From Candidatus Babelota bacterium (GTDB lineage Bacteria; Babelota; Babeliae; Babelales; Vermiphilaceae), in NCBI GenBank assembly GCA_049325595.1, contig JBMOLF010000012.1, positions 12,081-76,080 of the forward strand: DNA of 64,000 nt. Direction: 5' to 3'. Shown in pieces: positions 46,719-56,026 of the stretch. Each line of letters begins with the position of its first letter. The first letter of the stretch is position 1. The position numbers and the translations under genes were made by a program. The notes under the pieces were generated by a model that saw only the letters and a list, made by a program, of their open reading frames with translations, did not search any database and was not told the DNA's origin.

Positions 46719-47429
46719 TTACACAACTTCTAGTTGAATTGTTTTTAAGTTATCAGTTAGAGAATAAATAAATGTTCCTGCTAAGGGTCGCTGATTTACC
46801 ACTCTACATTCCCGACACATATGTCCGGGTGATACGGGGTATCGATGAATAATAGTTGGCTTAAGAGAGTGTTTTTGTAAAAATTCGATTACCTCATCTA
46901 CTGGTTTTCCACAAAAGCTTGGCCAAATGTAGGGCTTTTTGTTTCCATCGGATAAGAAAATAATTACCACTTTGTTATCTAAAGGTTGTCCACCTGCAGG
47001 TGATTGGCCAATACATATATTATAAGGGGCTTTGCTTGGTAGATAATAATGCTTATATCTTATTTTTTCTGCTTGTAATACCGATATTATTTCATTAAAT
47101 GATTTGTCGATTAATTGGGGTACCCTGATAACCGGTGGTTTTAATGAGGTGATGCAGTAAATAGTTTGATTTGCTTTAATAGAACTATCAGGTAAAGGAT
47201 TTTGAGATAATATAGTACCTTCAGGTAAATCGCTATCTTCTTTATGACCTACCAGTTTAAGGTGTAGTTTGGTAGATGAAAGACTTTGTAGCGCATCATG
47301 AGTTGATTTACCTATTATATTAGGAACCGTTAACTGGGGGGCTGGATACAACAGACTCATCAGATAATAGCCGCTTGCAAAAACGGTAAATGGAATAATC
47401 CAAAGTAAATTTTTTAGTGTGTAATTCAT
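46719..47429 (-). CDS. PASTA-domain membrane-anchored protein (3 PASTA repeats)
   Basis: N-terminal TM; VPNIIGKS..GTILSQNP, VPQLIDKS..IGQSP, WPSFCGKP..VVNQRP. AGGA RBS precedes ATG 47429; the upstream ORF extension lies in rnpB. Confidence 0.85.
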   Translation of the reverse strand: MNYTLKNLLWIIPFTVFASGYYLMSLLYPAPQLTVPNIIGKSTHDALQSLSSTKLHLKLVGHKEDSDLPEGTILSQNPLPDSSIKANQTIYCITSLKPPVIRVPQLIDKSFNEIISVLQAEKIRYKHYYLPSKAPYNICIGQSPAGGQPLDNKVVIIFLSDGNKKPYIWPSFCGKPVDEVIEFLQKHSLKPTIIHRYPVSPGHMCRECRVVNQRPLAGTFIYSLTDNLKTIQLEVV

Positions 47430-47452
47430 GATGTCCTGAAAAAATCTTTGGG

Positions 47453-47808
47453 AAAGGCAAACAATAAGCCGGATTCTGTACTTTGAAAAAGTTGGCAACC
47501 ATTTATCTAAGCGACATACCCGCATGTTTAACCGGAACGAATAACCATACATGCCTATTTTGTCTTGCTCCAGGCAGGGTTTGCCCGTAATGATAATTTG
47601 CATTACCATACCGGGTGCTCTTACCACCCGTTTTCACCCTTACCATTCTGGGTTAAGAATGGCGGTTATTTTCTGTGGCACTTTCCATAGACTTACATCT
47701 TCCTGACTTGAGTTGCCTCTTATCAGGTGCCTTGTTCGTTAGGAGTCCGGACTTTCCTCTAAATATGCATTTGTACCTACATATATAGCGATTGCCTTGT
47801 TTGCCTTT
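47453..47808 (-). ncRNA. rnpB: RNase P RNA (bacterial type A)
   Basis: Minus strand has GAGGAAAGTCCGGACT, AGTGCCACAGAAA, GGGTGAAAACGGGTGGTAAGAGCACC, GGCAAACCC...GAGCAAG, ACAGAATCCGGCTTA; P1 aaaggcaaacaa/ttgtttgccttt. Confidence 0.96.
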
Positions 47809-48255
47809 TTATTTATATATCAAAGAGAAAATTAACATTACAACTAGTGTAACAGGAATAGGCAAAAAAGTGTAGGAGAAGCATTGCAAGTTATTATGAA
47901 AATAAAATGCTTGTATTATACAAAAAAATGCAAGACTTAAGCAAGCCAAAGCATAGTGAATTAAAAGGTGATTATCAAGATGTCTTTGTGATTTAATACT
48001 AAAAAAAATAATGGGTAAAAGATAGATAAATGCTAATAAAAGTCGGCCTTGGTAAAAAAAATTAATAAGTAATATTAATACTATGTTAAGTATTAAAGGA
48101 AATAGCGAAAAATAAGGAAGCGTATATAATACAAAAAAACCAAGCTGACTATATACCATAGGTTTTTCAAAAAATGCAAACGTCGTCACATCAAGCAAGA
48201 AAAAAAATAGTAATGCAAGATAATATATAGCAATTCTTTTTTTTGCTTGGGTCAT
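47809..48255 (-). CDS. Membrane protein, possibly MreD-like
   Basis: 148 aa with about 5 TM segments; GAGGAGG RBS; near PBP1A and PASTA genes. The MreD assignment is weak. Confidence 0.55.
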   Translation of the reverse strand: MTQAKKRIAIYYLALLFFFLLDVTTFAFFEKPMVYSQLGFFVLYTLPYFSLFPLILNIVLILLINFFYQGRLLLAFIYLLPIIFFSIKSQRHLDNHLLIHYALACLSLAFFCIIQAFYFHNNLQCFSYTFLPIPVTLVVMLIFSLIYK

Positions 48256-48303
48256 AAGAAATCCTCCTCATAAACACATCATCATGTTATTAAATTATAT
48301 TAT

Positions 48304-48735
48304 CTAAATATCTTGGGAAGTATTCTCTTTTTTTTCTAATAGAAGCGAATTAGATAATGATATAGTATAAGGAGGTTTCCACGTCGGCATGGTAAAATTG
48401 ATTAACGTATCGAGTTGGTCTATATTTTGAGGACGCGCGTTAGCTCTTTTAGCTTTATAATTAATAGGTTTTTGGACCAAAGCATTTTCTGCTGATAATT
48501 CTGCGATATTTATAATAGGTATTTGATATTCATCATAATGGAACCGCAATCCACCACATATACAAATGGCTAATATTTTTTGATGATTTGGATTATTTTC
48601 TAATAAGGTTTGAATAAATTGATTGTTGTGAATGCAATTACAATAATTTTGCTGTTCTTGATCATAAAAAAAATATTTTTTTTCATTTGACCATAGTAAG
48701 TTTTGAAAAGTTATTAAGAAGATAATAAAAATCAT
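48304..48735 (-). CDS. Exported hypothetical protein
   Basis: 143-aa ORF with hydrophobic N-terminus. Confidence 0.55.
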   Translation of the reverse strand: MIFIIFLITFQNLLWSNEKKYFFYDQEQQNYCNCIHNNQFIQTLLENNPNHQKILAICICGGLRFHYDEYQIPIINIAELSAENALVQKPINYKAKRANARPQNIDQLDTLINFTMPTWKPPYTISLSNSLLLEKKENTSQDI

Positions 48736-48868
48736 TAGTTAATCATTTTAAAAATCCTAATTTTTATTGTTTACTATTTTATTTTTTTGGTCATTAAATC
48801 AATTGATTATAGAAATTATTCTCTTTATATTAAAAACACGCATAATTTATAGAAAATTTGAACAGCAT

Positions 48869-50755
48869 ATGATAATCAAAAAAATATTTTATTTCTTTAG
48901 TATTAGCCTTTTTCTTTTTATATGTTTGGCATCTGGTGCAGTTTTTTTTATTATGCATAATCAAACTATAGATTTTTCATCATTAGCTCACCAAGATGTA
49001 GGGTTACCATCAATTATGCTTGACGATGAAGGTGTTGAAATTGCTCGATTTGCGCTTGATAAGCGTGCGCCTATTACCTATCAACAACTACCCAAACATT
49101 TAGTTTATGCATTTGTGGCAGCCGAAGATTGGAGTTTTTTTTCTCACGTTGGTATTTCGTGGAAAGGGATTATTCGTTCAATCTTGGTAAATATCTATCA
49201 CGGCAAAAAGGTACAAGGTGCCAGTACTATTACGCAACAACTCATAAAATTATTATTTTTAAATTCTCAAAAAAAATGGACGCGTAAAATAAAAGAACAA
49301 CTTTTTGCGCTTATCGTAGAACAACAGTTTACTAAAGAACAAATATTAGAGACTTACTTAAATAATGTATATTTTGGGTATGGTATTTATGGAGTAGAAG
49401 CAGCCTCACAGCGCTTATGGGGTAAAAGTTGTGGCGATTTAACACTCGATGAATCGGCTGTGCTTGCGGCAATCATACGGTCTCCAGGAAATTACAACCC
49501 CTTTGTGTATCCACTTTCAACTCAACGAAGAAGAAATCTTATCTTGGGTCAAATGAAAAAATTACAATTTATTTCACCAGAAGAATATGAACAAGCAGTT
49601 ACTACTCCTTTACAGATTACTCATACAGCAAATGAGCAAAATGCCCCCTATGCCATACAAATTATAAGTGCCCAAGTTGAGCGTTTGGTTGGCAAGCATC
49701 AATTGTACAGTGGTGGATTAGTAATTCAAACGACGCTTAATAAAAAAATGCAAAAAGATGCTGAACAAAGCTTTCAAGAACATATTGCAAGGCTTAAACA
49801 AAAAATGATGCCTGAAATTGATGGTGCTTTAATAAGTATGTCGGTAAAAACAGGCGAAATAAAAGCATTAATTGGTGGCACATCTTACGCACAATCAAAA
49901 TTCAATCGTGCATGGCATGCAAAACGACAACTAGGGTCTATTTTTAAAGCGTTAATTTATAGTGCTGCTATAGAACAAAATGCTCACTTTTTTAATACTG
50001 AAGTTGATGAGCCGTTAGAAATAAAGTCGCATGGAACAGTGTGGCGACCAAGAAATTATAATTTACAGTTTGATGGTCAAATGACATTAGCTCATGCTTT
50101 ATCATATTCTAATAACATTGTTGCAATAAAAACCTTATTAAAAGTTGGTGCTGAAAATGTTATCGAGTTAGCACGACAATGTGGTATTACTGCACCTATG
50201 TATCCGTTCCCTTCATTAGCACTTGGATGCGTTGATACGACTTTAAAAGAAGCAGTAGGTATGCTTAATGTTTTTGCAAATGATGGATTGTATCAAGAAC
50301 CACATCTGATTAAATGGATTAAAAATAAATGGGGAACAAAAATATTTGTCCAATCTCATACATCAAAACGAGTGGTAAGTTCCCAAGTGGCAGGACAAGT
50401 AAATAAAGTATTACAATTAAGCTTTGAACGGTATCGCAAAATTTCTGGCTCGAATTTACCAACACAGGTGATTAGTAAAACAGGAACAACAAATGAATCA
50501 CGCACCTGTTGGTTTATTGGTGCTACACCAGAATTGATAACAGGATTATATATTGGGTGTGATGATAATCGATCTATGGGAGAAAATGTATTCCCCTTAC
50601 GCACTGCTTTTCCTATTTGGATATCATTTAACAGAAAGTGCGCAATTAACACACCACAATTTGATCTGAATCCTAATTTAAAAGAAATTCGCATTAATGA
50701 ATGGACTGGTCAATTAGCACTGTCGCACGAAAAAGGGATTGCGATTTTAGTATGA
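48869..50755 (+). CDS. Class A penicillin-binding protein (PBP1A family)
   Basis: Transglycosylase EDWSFFSHVG, QGASTITQQL, RKIKE, ILETYLN; transpeptidase SIFK, SNN, KTGT. Confidence 0.95.
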   Translation: MIIKKIFYFFSISLFLFICLASGAVFFIMHNQTIDFSSLAHQDVGLPSIMLDDEGVEIARFALDKRAPITYQQLPKHLVYAFVAAEDWSFFSHVGISWKGIIRSILVNIYHGKKVQGASTITQQLIKLLFLNSQKKWTRKIKEQLFALIVEQQFTKEQILETYLNNVYFGYGIYGVEAASQRLWGKSCGDLTLDESAVLAAIIRSPGNYNPFVYPLSTQRRRNLILGQMKKLQFISPEEYEQAVTTPLQITHTANEQNAPYAIQIISAQVERLVGKHQLYSGGLVIQTTLNKKMQKDAEQSFQEHIARLKQKMMPEIDGALISMSVKTGEIKALIGGTSYAQSKFNRAWHAKRQLGSIFKALIYSAAIEQNAHFFNTEVDEPLEIKSHGTVWRPRNYNLQFDGQMTLAHALSYSNNIVAIKTLLKVGAENVIELARQCGITAPMYPFPSLALGCVDTTLKEAVGMLNVFANDGLYQEPHLIKWIKNKWGTKIFVQSHTSKRVVSSQVAGQVNKVLQLSFERYRKISGSNLPTQVISKTGTTNESRTCWFIGATPELITGLYIGCDDNRSMGENVFPLRTAFPIWISFNRKCAINTPQFDLNPNLKEIRINEWTGQLALSHEKGIAILV

Positions 50756-51583
50756 GTCTTTTTGTTTTGAATTAACATAGTTGTTAATATTCTGAATATG
50801 CCAATGAGCTGTCCAAATAGGATCAATACTATGCTTTCTGTACAAATTTACCTGATATGTTGCTACTTTACGATCAAGCGTAGGACGCATTATATGCCTT
50901 TTTCGATCCTGATCAACTAGGTAGCTTAACACATCAGCACGATTATTTTTTTCAATGAGTTGTGCGGCTATATGGTCAGCTTCTTTTTCTAGCTCATTTA
51001 CATAGTAGGTTAAAAGTTTTTTTGCATGATAAGAAAAAAAGTTATTGCAAAAGATGCTAGCGCAGGATGCACAGGCAACAATGAAATTCAATGAATTTTT
51101 TGGTGAACGAGAGGCAAAAGCAGCACCAATTATTCCTAAAACAGTTCCGATATTTGATGATTGTTCTGCTAAATGAGTTGCAACTGAACGTTTATAAGAA
51201 TGATTGAATGCATAATGAACTGCTTCATGTACGGCAATATAGTAGGATAAGGCGTTATTCATGCCCTGGTTATGTAGTAACCAAATACCATGTGATGTGG
51301 CGCAGCCATTTACTTGTAATTCTTTATGAGCTTGTAGCGATAATTTTTTAACCGATACATTTTGGTAATTTTTTTTACCTAATTGTTCGAGTACTTGTTT
51401 TATTAAATCAATTCGCCATGCATCAGCTTCTTCAGTGCCAAGATATTGAGCTTCTTGTTCAAATGTAGAACAATGATTTGAATTTTTGTTTGTTGTTTTA
51501 TCATGCGGGACTATCTTTGTTGTAAAGATAAAGCTTAGATAAAATAAATAAACTGAACTCAAAATAATCCCGCGCATATTCAT
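50747..51583 (-). CDS. Exported zinc metallopeptidase (M48-like)
   Basis: HEAVH zinc motif, downstream hydrophobic segments, EKEAD motif. Likely start is ATG 51583; the ORF extension overlaps the Cys-rich gene. Confidence 0.7.
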   Translation of the reverse strand: MNMRGIILSSVYLFYLSFIFTTKIVPHDKTTNKNSNHCSTFEQEAQYLGTEEADAWRIDLIKQVLEQLGKKNYQNVSVKKLSLQAHKELQVNGCATSHGIWLLHNQGMNNALSYYIAVHEAVHYAFNHSYKRSVATHLAEQSSNIGTVLGIIGAAFASRSPKNSLNFIVACASCASIFCNNFFSYHAKKLLTYYVNELEKEADHIAAQLIEKNNRADVLSYLVDQDRKRHIMRPTLDRKVATYQVNLYRKHSIDPIWTAHWHIQNINNYVNSKQKDSY

Positions 51584-51587
51584 ATTA

Positions 51588-52001
51588 TTAGCAACAACAA
51601 TTGTCCAACATATTTTTGCAGGATTTAACGCATTCGGTACAAAGATTAATGCATGAAATACATGCTTGAGCACAATCTTCTTTGCCGCCACGACAGCTAT
51701 CAATCATTTCTTGAATATGATCGATACAGGCATGACAAGTTTTAATGCAATGCTCAGCTGCTGCAATGCATTCAGGATCAGCACATTCTTGCAAGTGTGC
51801 GCTACAATGTTTAATGCATGCATGGCAGGCTTCAATTGCTTCATTTCCTGCAACAACAGTTAAAGCAAGTTGTTTGGCACATTTTGTTTCTTCACTCACT
51901 GGCGCACATAAAGGAATTAACTTTTGACATTCGTTAATACAATGTTCACATTTTTGAATACAGGTATTGCAAGCAGCTTTTAGTGATGAACTATTTTGCA
52001 T
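51588..52001 (-). CDS. Cys-rich four-helix-bundle copper-storage protein (Csp/DUF326-like)
   Basis: 25 Cys in 137 aa in CxxC/CxxxC helical spacing; AAGGAG RBS; no signal peptide. Confidence 0.8.
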   Translation of the reverse strand: MQNSSSLKAACNTCIQKCEHCINECQKLIPLCAPVSEETKCAKQLALTVVAGNEAIEACHACIKHCSAHLQECADPECIAAAEHCIKTCHACIDHIQEMIDSCRGGKEDCAQACISCINLCTECVKSCKNMLDNCCC

Positions 52002-52063
52002 AGTAAAAACTCCTTTTTTGATAGATTACGATAGTATTTTAACTGTATCAAAATAGGTCTTTA

Positions 52064-52753
52064 TTATGATATTGATGATGAAAATTTACCCTGAGTTGCA
52101 AATTGCTCTATTTTTTTTCGGTCAGATGGTTTTTCTGTTGCTTGCATTAATTCTGGCAAGCGATTTATTTCTCCTGGTTTTCCTATAGCAAACATTGCTT
52201 CGACTGTATAACCTTCAGGAATGTGTAATTCTTCTTTTGCTCTTTGATAATCAAATCCGCCCATTCCATGTACTACCAGACCTAATAAATCGCCCTGAAG
52301 CGCAAGATTTTGTAATGCGGCACCCGTATCAAAGCTATGAGTGGGTGAGTAAGAATTATTATGAGTGAAATTATTTTTTGAGATTACCGCTAAAAGCGCA
52401 CCAGCATTTTTTACCCATTCTTGGTTAAATGGTACTAAAAGATTAAAAAAAAGATTCCAATCCGGTGTATCTTTAAATGCGTATAAAATGCGCCATGGTT
52501 GTTCATTGTAAGATGAAGGTGCCCAACGCATAGCTTCAAAAAGGGAGTTTAATTCTTCTTGAGTTACCGGTTGTCCTGACATTGCACGTGGTGACCAACG
52601 GTTAATAAAAAGTGGATCAACTGAATGTTCTGCTTTGCGATATTGTTTAATGAGTGGTTTTAAGGTACGTTGTTTGCAAATAGTTTTTTTAGCAAGAATA
52701 AAGCCAGTAATGCAGCCGAGTAATACGGCAGAAAATAATGTAAATTTGTTCAT
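52064..52753 (-). CDS. Nitroreductase family protein with N-terminal membrane anchor
   Basis: RWSPRAM, WAPSSYNEQPW, FDTGAA, HGMGGFD, AIGKPG, RK. Confidence 0.93.
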   Translation of the reverse strand: MNKFTLFSAVLLGCITGFILAKKTICKQRTLKPLIKQYRKAEHSVDPLFINRWSPRAMSGQPVTQEELNSLFEAMRWAPSSYNEQPWRILYAFKDTPDWNLFFNLLVPFNQEWVKNAGALLAVISKNNFTHNNSYSPTHSFDTGAALQNLALQGDLLGLVVHGMGGFDYQRAKEELHIPEGYTVEAMFAIGKPGEINRLPELMQATEKPSDRKKIEQFATQGKFSSSIS

Positions 52754-52763
52754 TGCCTAGTCC

Positions 52764-53831
52764 TTATAATAAAGATAATGATTCATTTGATTTAAGGTGA
52801 GTAGCTTGTGTAAGGTTTTTACTAATGGCACTAAAAAGTAGGGTATTATTTTTTTTAATATGGCCTTCGTGTAATACGGTAAATAGATGCGGATAATGAT
52901 GAGCCATAGCATATGCATTATATTTTTGATGATCTGTTGCGCGTGTTTCTAAAGGTATTACTACACAAGGTTTTTCAAAAAAAGCTATTTCAAAAAGTGA
53001 TCCTGCACCGGCACGACTTATTATAACGTCTGCTGCGTTGTAATAAAGATGCATATCGTTATGATAAGTAAAAGTAATTGCTGTGATATTGTGTGATTTA
53101 TAAAATGTTGCCCAATCAGTTTTATCATGAGACCCAGTTTGATGAATAATTTGGATAGTAGAATAAAGGTGCGGGTTAAATTCTATCCATTGTTTGATGA
53201 TTTTATTAATAAATACCGATCCCTGGGAGCCTCCAGAAATTAATACGGTCTTTTTTTGTGCCGACAGACCAATTATGTGCTTGGCTTGGTGCACAGGTAC
53301 TTTATCAGTTTCCTGATATTTTAACGGATAGGAGCTAACCACTAAGTTATTTGTGGCCAAATACGCAGAGGTTTCTTGAAAGCATATGTGTATTTTACTC
53401 GCAATTTTGCTTAAAAACTTTACCGCTTTTCCAGGAGTTACGTTTAATTCGTACAATTCAATAGGGATTCTTAATAGCTTAGCAGCAAGACAAACAGGAA
53501 TAGAAAGATAGCCACCCATGCTAATAACTTGTGCTACCCGATGGCGCTTGAGAATTAGTAGCGATTGTATAAATGCAACAATAGCATGATAAAAAAATAT
53601 TAGTAATTTGAAAGGGTTTTTATATGCAATATTATCAAGCTTTATAAAAAAATGAGTTGCGGGAACGGTTGATTGACTTGCTATATGTTCATCAAGTTTA
53701 TTTTTACTCAAAAAGAAAACTAAAGGGATTGTGGGGTTTTCATTATACATTGTTTTTGCAAGCGTAATACCCGGTAAAATGTGTCCACCGGATCGAGCGG
53801 CTACGATAGCGACAGCAGAAGGTTTAGTCAT
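52764..53831 (-). CDS. murG: MurG glycosyltransferase
   Basis: SGGHILPG, GGYLSIP, ELNVTPG, GGSQGS, HQTG, SRAGAGSLFE, HQKYNA. Confidence 0.93.
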   Translation of the reverse strand: MTKPSAVAIVAARSGGHILPGITLAKTMYNENPTIPLVFFLSKNKLDEHIASQSTVPATHFFIKLDNIAYKNPFKLLIFFYHAIVAFIQSLLILKRHRVAQVISMGGYLSIPVCLAAKLLRIPIELYELNVTPGKAVKFLSKIASKIHICFQETSAYLATNNLVVSSYPLKYQETDKVPVHQAKHIIGLSAQKKTVLISGGSQGSVFINKIIKQWIEFNPHLYSTIQIIHQTGSHDKTDWATFYKSHNITAITFTYHNDMHLYYNAADVIISRAGAGSLFEIAFFEKPCVVIPLETRATDHQKYNAYAMAHHYPHLFTVLHEGHIKKNNTLLFSAISKNLTQATHLKSNESLSLL

Positions 53832-55492
53832 GTTGAATGGATACTCCAACGTTTAATCAATGATGTAGATTGTTTTTTTTGTTCTGGTGTTTGTGCTAAT
53901 GGTACCGCTTTTTTTAAAATCGCGATAGCATGTTTTGTGTTACCAAGTTGATGATTTATTTTAGCTAAATGTTTTTGAATGATAAAATTATCTTTTCCTG
54001 ATGATTGTGCAAGCTGCTGCCAAATACCAAGCGCTTTGTGATAGTCTTTTTGTTTGTAATAAATGTATGCTTGGGTATCCAAGAAATTTATATTGGTCGG
54101 ATCATTTTGTAATGCTTTTTTTATGCTGCTATGCGCTTTTTCAAGATTACGCTCCATGCGAAGATAATAATAAGCTTGAAGGTTATACAAAGGAGCATAA
54201 GCTATATTTTGTTTTAACCCATTTGCAAGCGCACTCTTAAAGTTATTCATGTGTTTATTTTGATAGGCTATGGTAGCAATTTGAGTCCATAAAATAGTCT
54301 TAAGTTGTTTGCTCTCGGTAAGAGTAATTGCTTTTTGCAGATAGGTTATGGATTTTGTTTCTTGCTTGTCTCTGATAAGTAAATCAGCATTATACAGATG
54401 CGCGAATAAGCAATCAGGATTTTTTTTTATTATTTGGTCAAGAACGGCAATGCCTTGCTTGTAGGGCAATTCATGAGCGCATAATAAATGCAGAACATCA
54501 TACCATAATTTTTGATTTGGTTCTGCAGAAAGCAACTTAGCAATTGCTTGTAGCGCTTCATTCATTTTTTTATTATCAACAAGTGTTTGAATGGCAATTA
54601 GCTGTTGCTTATGATTTTGGCATGAATCACTCAAGCATAGTTCAAATTTATGTACTGCTCCAATATAATTATGAGCATCAAGTAATGATAAAATTGTTTT
54701 TAAATTTTCTTGGCTAATGCCTAAATCTGCTTTTTTTTGTAAGGTAATTTGTCGTTTTAAAACAAGCTCAAGTAAATGTTTTTCTAAATGCCGATCGCGC
54801 GAATCGGTTGTTGTTTCAAGAAAATTAGTATATCCCTTTATTGCTTCTTCCAAATAACCTGCTTGCTCTTTTAATGTTGCATACATAAGCCATGCTTTAT
54901 CAAATTTAGGATATAGCTCCAAACATAGCCGAACTTGTTTTAAAGCCTCTTTTTTATTCCCTTGCTGGAGTGCTATCTGTGATTTTAAAAAATAAAAAAT
55001 AAAATTGTTTGGTTTGCGTGCAGATGTATTGAGTAGTTGATCAATAACATCAATGGCATTTGAAAACGAATTTTGTTCAAGATAAAGTTTAACGAGCTCA
55101 AAAGCTATTTCTTGATTGTCAGGAAATCTTTTATTTAAATCCCCTATTCGTTGTATTGCAAGTGATTTATTGCCGGTTTGTATAAGTGATTGGGCTAAAA
55201 TTTGCTGTATTTCAATATCATCTTTATAACGGGCATCAATATGAGGGATTAACTTAACTATTTCATGAAATTGCCGATTCACATGCAAAAATGGTATGTA
55301 ACCTTTGTAAATGAAAGGAGAAAATTTTTCTGTTGTTAATTGAGCATATAATTTTTGTGCTTGTGTGTTATGGTTTGCAAATTGATGGTAATTTGCCAAA
55401 AAATAATTGTGTAAGTTTAATGCATCAGATACTGTATAAGCATGCTTGCACATCAGGATAAGAACACTCATTATTACTCTTTTTATATTCAT
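53828..55492 (-). CDS. Tetratricopeptide-repeat exported protein
   Basis: Multiple TPR-like helical repeats; YNLQAYY...KALQNDP.N..FLDT.AYIYYK motif of envelope TPR proteins. Confidence 0.85.
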   Translation of the reverse strand: MNIKRVIMSVLILMCKHAYTVSDALNLHNYFLANYHQFANHNTQAQKLYAQLTTEKFSPFIYKGYIPFLHVNRQFHEIVKLIPHIDARYKDDIEIQQILAQSLIQTGNKSLAIQRIGDLNKRFPDNQEIAFELVKLYLEQNSFSNAIDVIDQLLNTSARKPNNFIFYFLKSQIALQQGNKKEALKQVRLCLELYPKFDKAWLMYATLKEQAGYLEEAIKGYTNFLETTTDSRDRHLEKHLLELVLKRQITLQKKADLGISQENLKTILSLLDAHNYIGAVHKFELCLSDSCQNHKQQLIAIQTLVDNKKMNEALQAIAKLLSAEPNQKLWYDVLHLLCAHELPYKQGIAVLDQIIKKNPDCLFAHLYNADLLIRDKQETKSITYLQKAITLTESKQLKTILWTQIATIAYQNKHMNNFKSALANGLKQNIAYAPLYNLQAYYYLRMERNLEKAHSSIKKALQNDPTNINFLDTQAYIYYKQKDYHKALGIWQQLAQSSGKDNFIIQKHLAKINHQLGNTKHAIAILKKAVPLAQTPEQKKQSTSLIKRWSIHST

Positions 55493-55923
55493 TATTTCTC
55501 CTGATAGCACCGTATCAGATATTGTTTAAGCACTTCTTTTAGTGCCTGATCACCAATCTGCGTAAGTGCGCGTTCTTCTTTAGTCGATAAGAGCACTTCT
55601 TTGGGTATTTCTTGTACCTGAGAAATTCTCTCTTTCTTCTTATGTTTTTTAATTCCTATTGTTTTAAAGCGTAAATATTTTATACGTGGCTGGTCTAGGT
55701 TTTGATTAATTGTTTTGATAAGTAAAGACGATAAGAGAAATAGTTCTTGCATCCAACAAGGGTCGGAAACACCCAAAACCAATGTATCATCCAGTATTTT
55801 AACTAATTGGACCTTGGTTTTTAAATGACCAAGAATTTTATCCCAATTGGCAAGCAACTGCAACTGCCATTTGTCTTGATTGTCAAAAAGTGTATCCAAA
55901 ATATTTTTTATTGGTGTTGTCAT
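55492..55923 (-). CDS. DciA/DUF721-family protein
   Basis: W..ILG...T......LVLGVSDPCWMQEL.L....LI..IN..L....I..LRF. Confidence 0.8.
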   Translation of the reverse strand: MTTPIKNILDTLFDNQDKWQLQLLANWDKILGHLKTKVQLVKILDDTLVLGVSDPCWMQELFLLSSLLIKTINQNLDQPRIKYLRFKTIGIKKHKKKERISQVQEIPKEVLLSTKEERALTQIGDQALKEVLKQYLIRCYQEK

Positions 55924-56026
55924 TGTTGGGTTAAAAATAGTAAATGATGGGAAAATTACCATTAACTAGTATACAGTAATACTCAGAACAAAAAAATAGA
56001 AAGGGGTTAATTGCTAAAGGGGAGCA

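Noticed and set aside
47430..47627. 66-aa N-terminal extension of the PASTA ORF
   Set aside because: It lies inside RNase P RNA; the real start has an RBS at ATG 47429.
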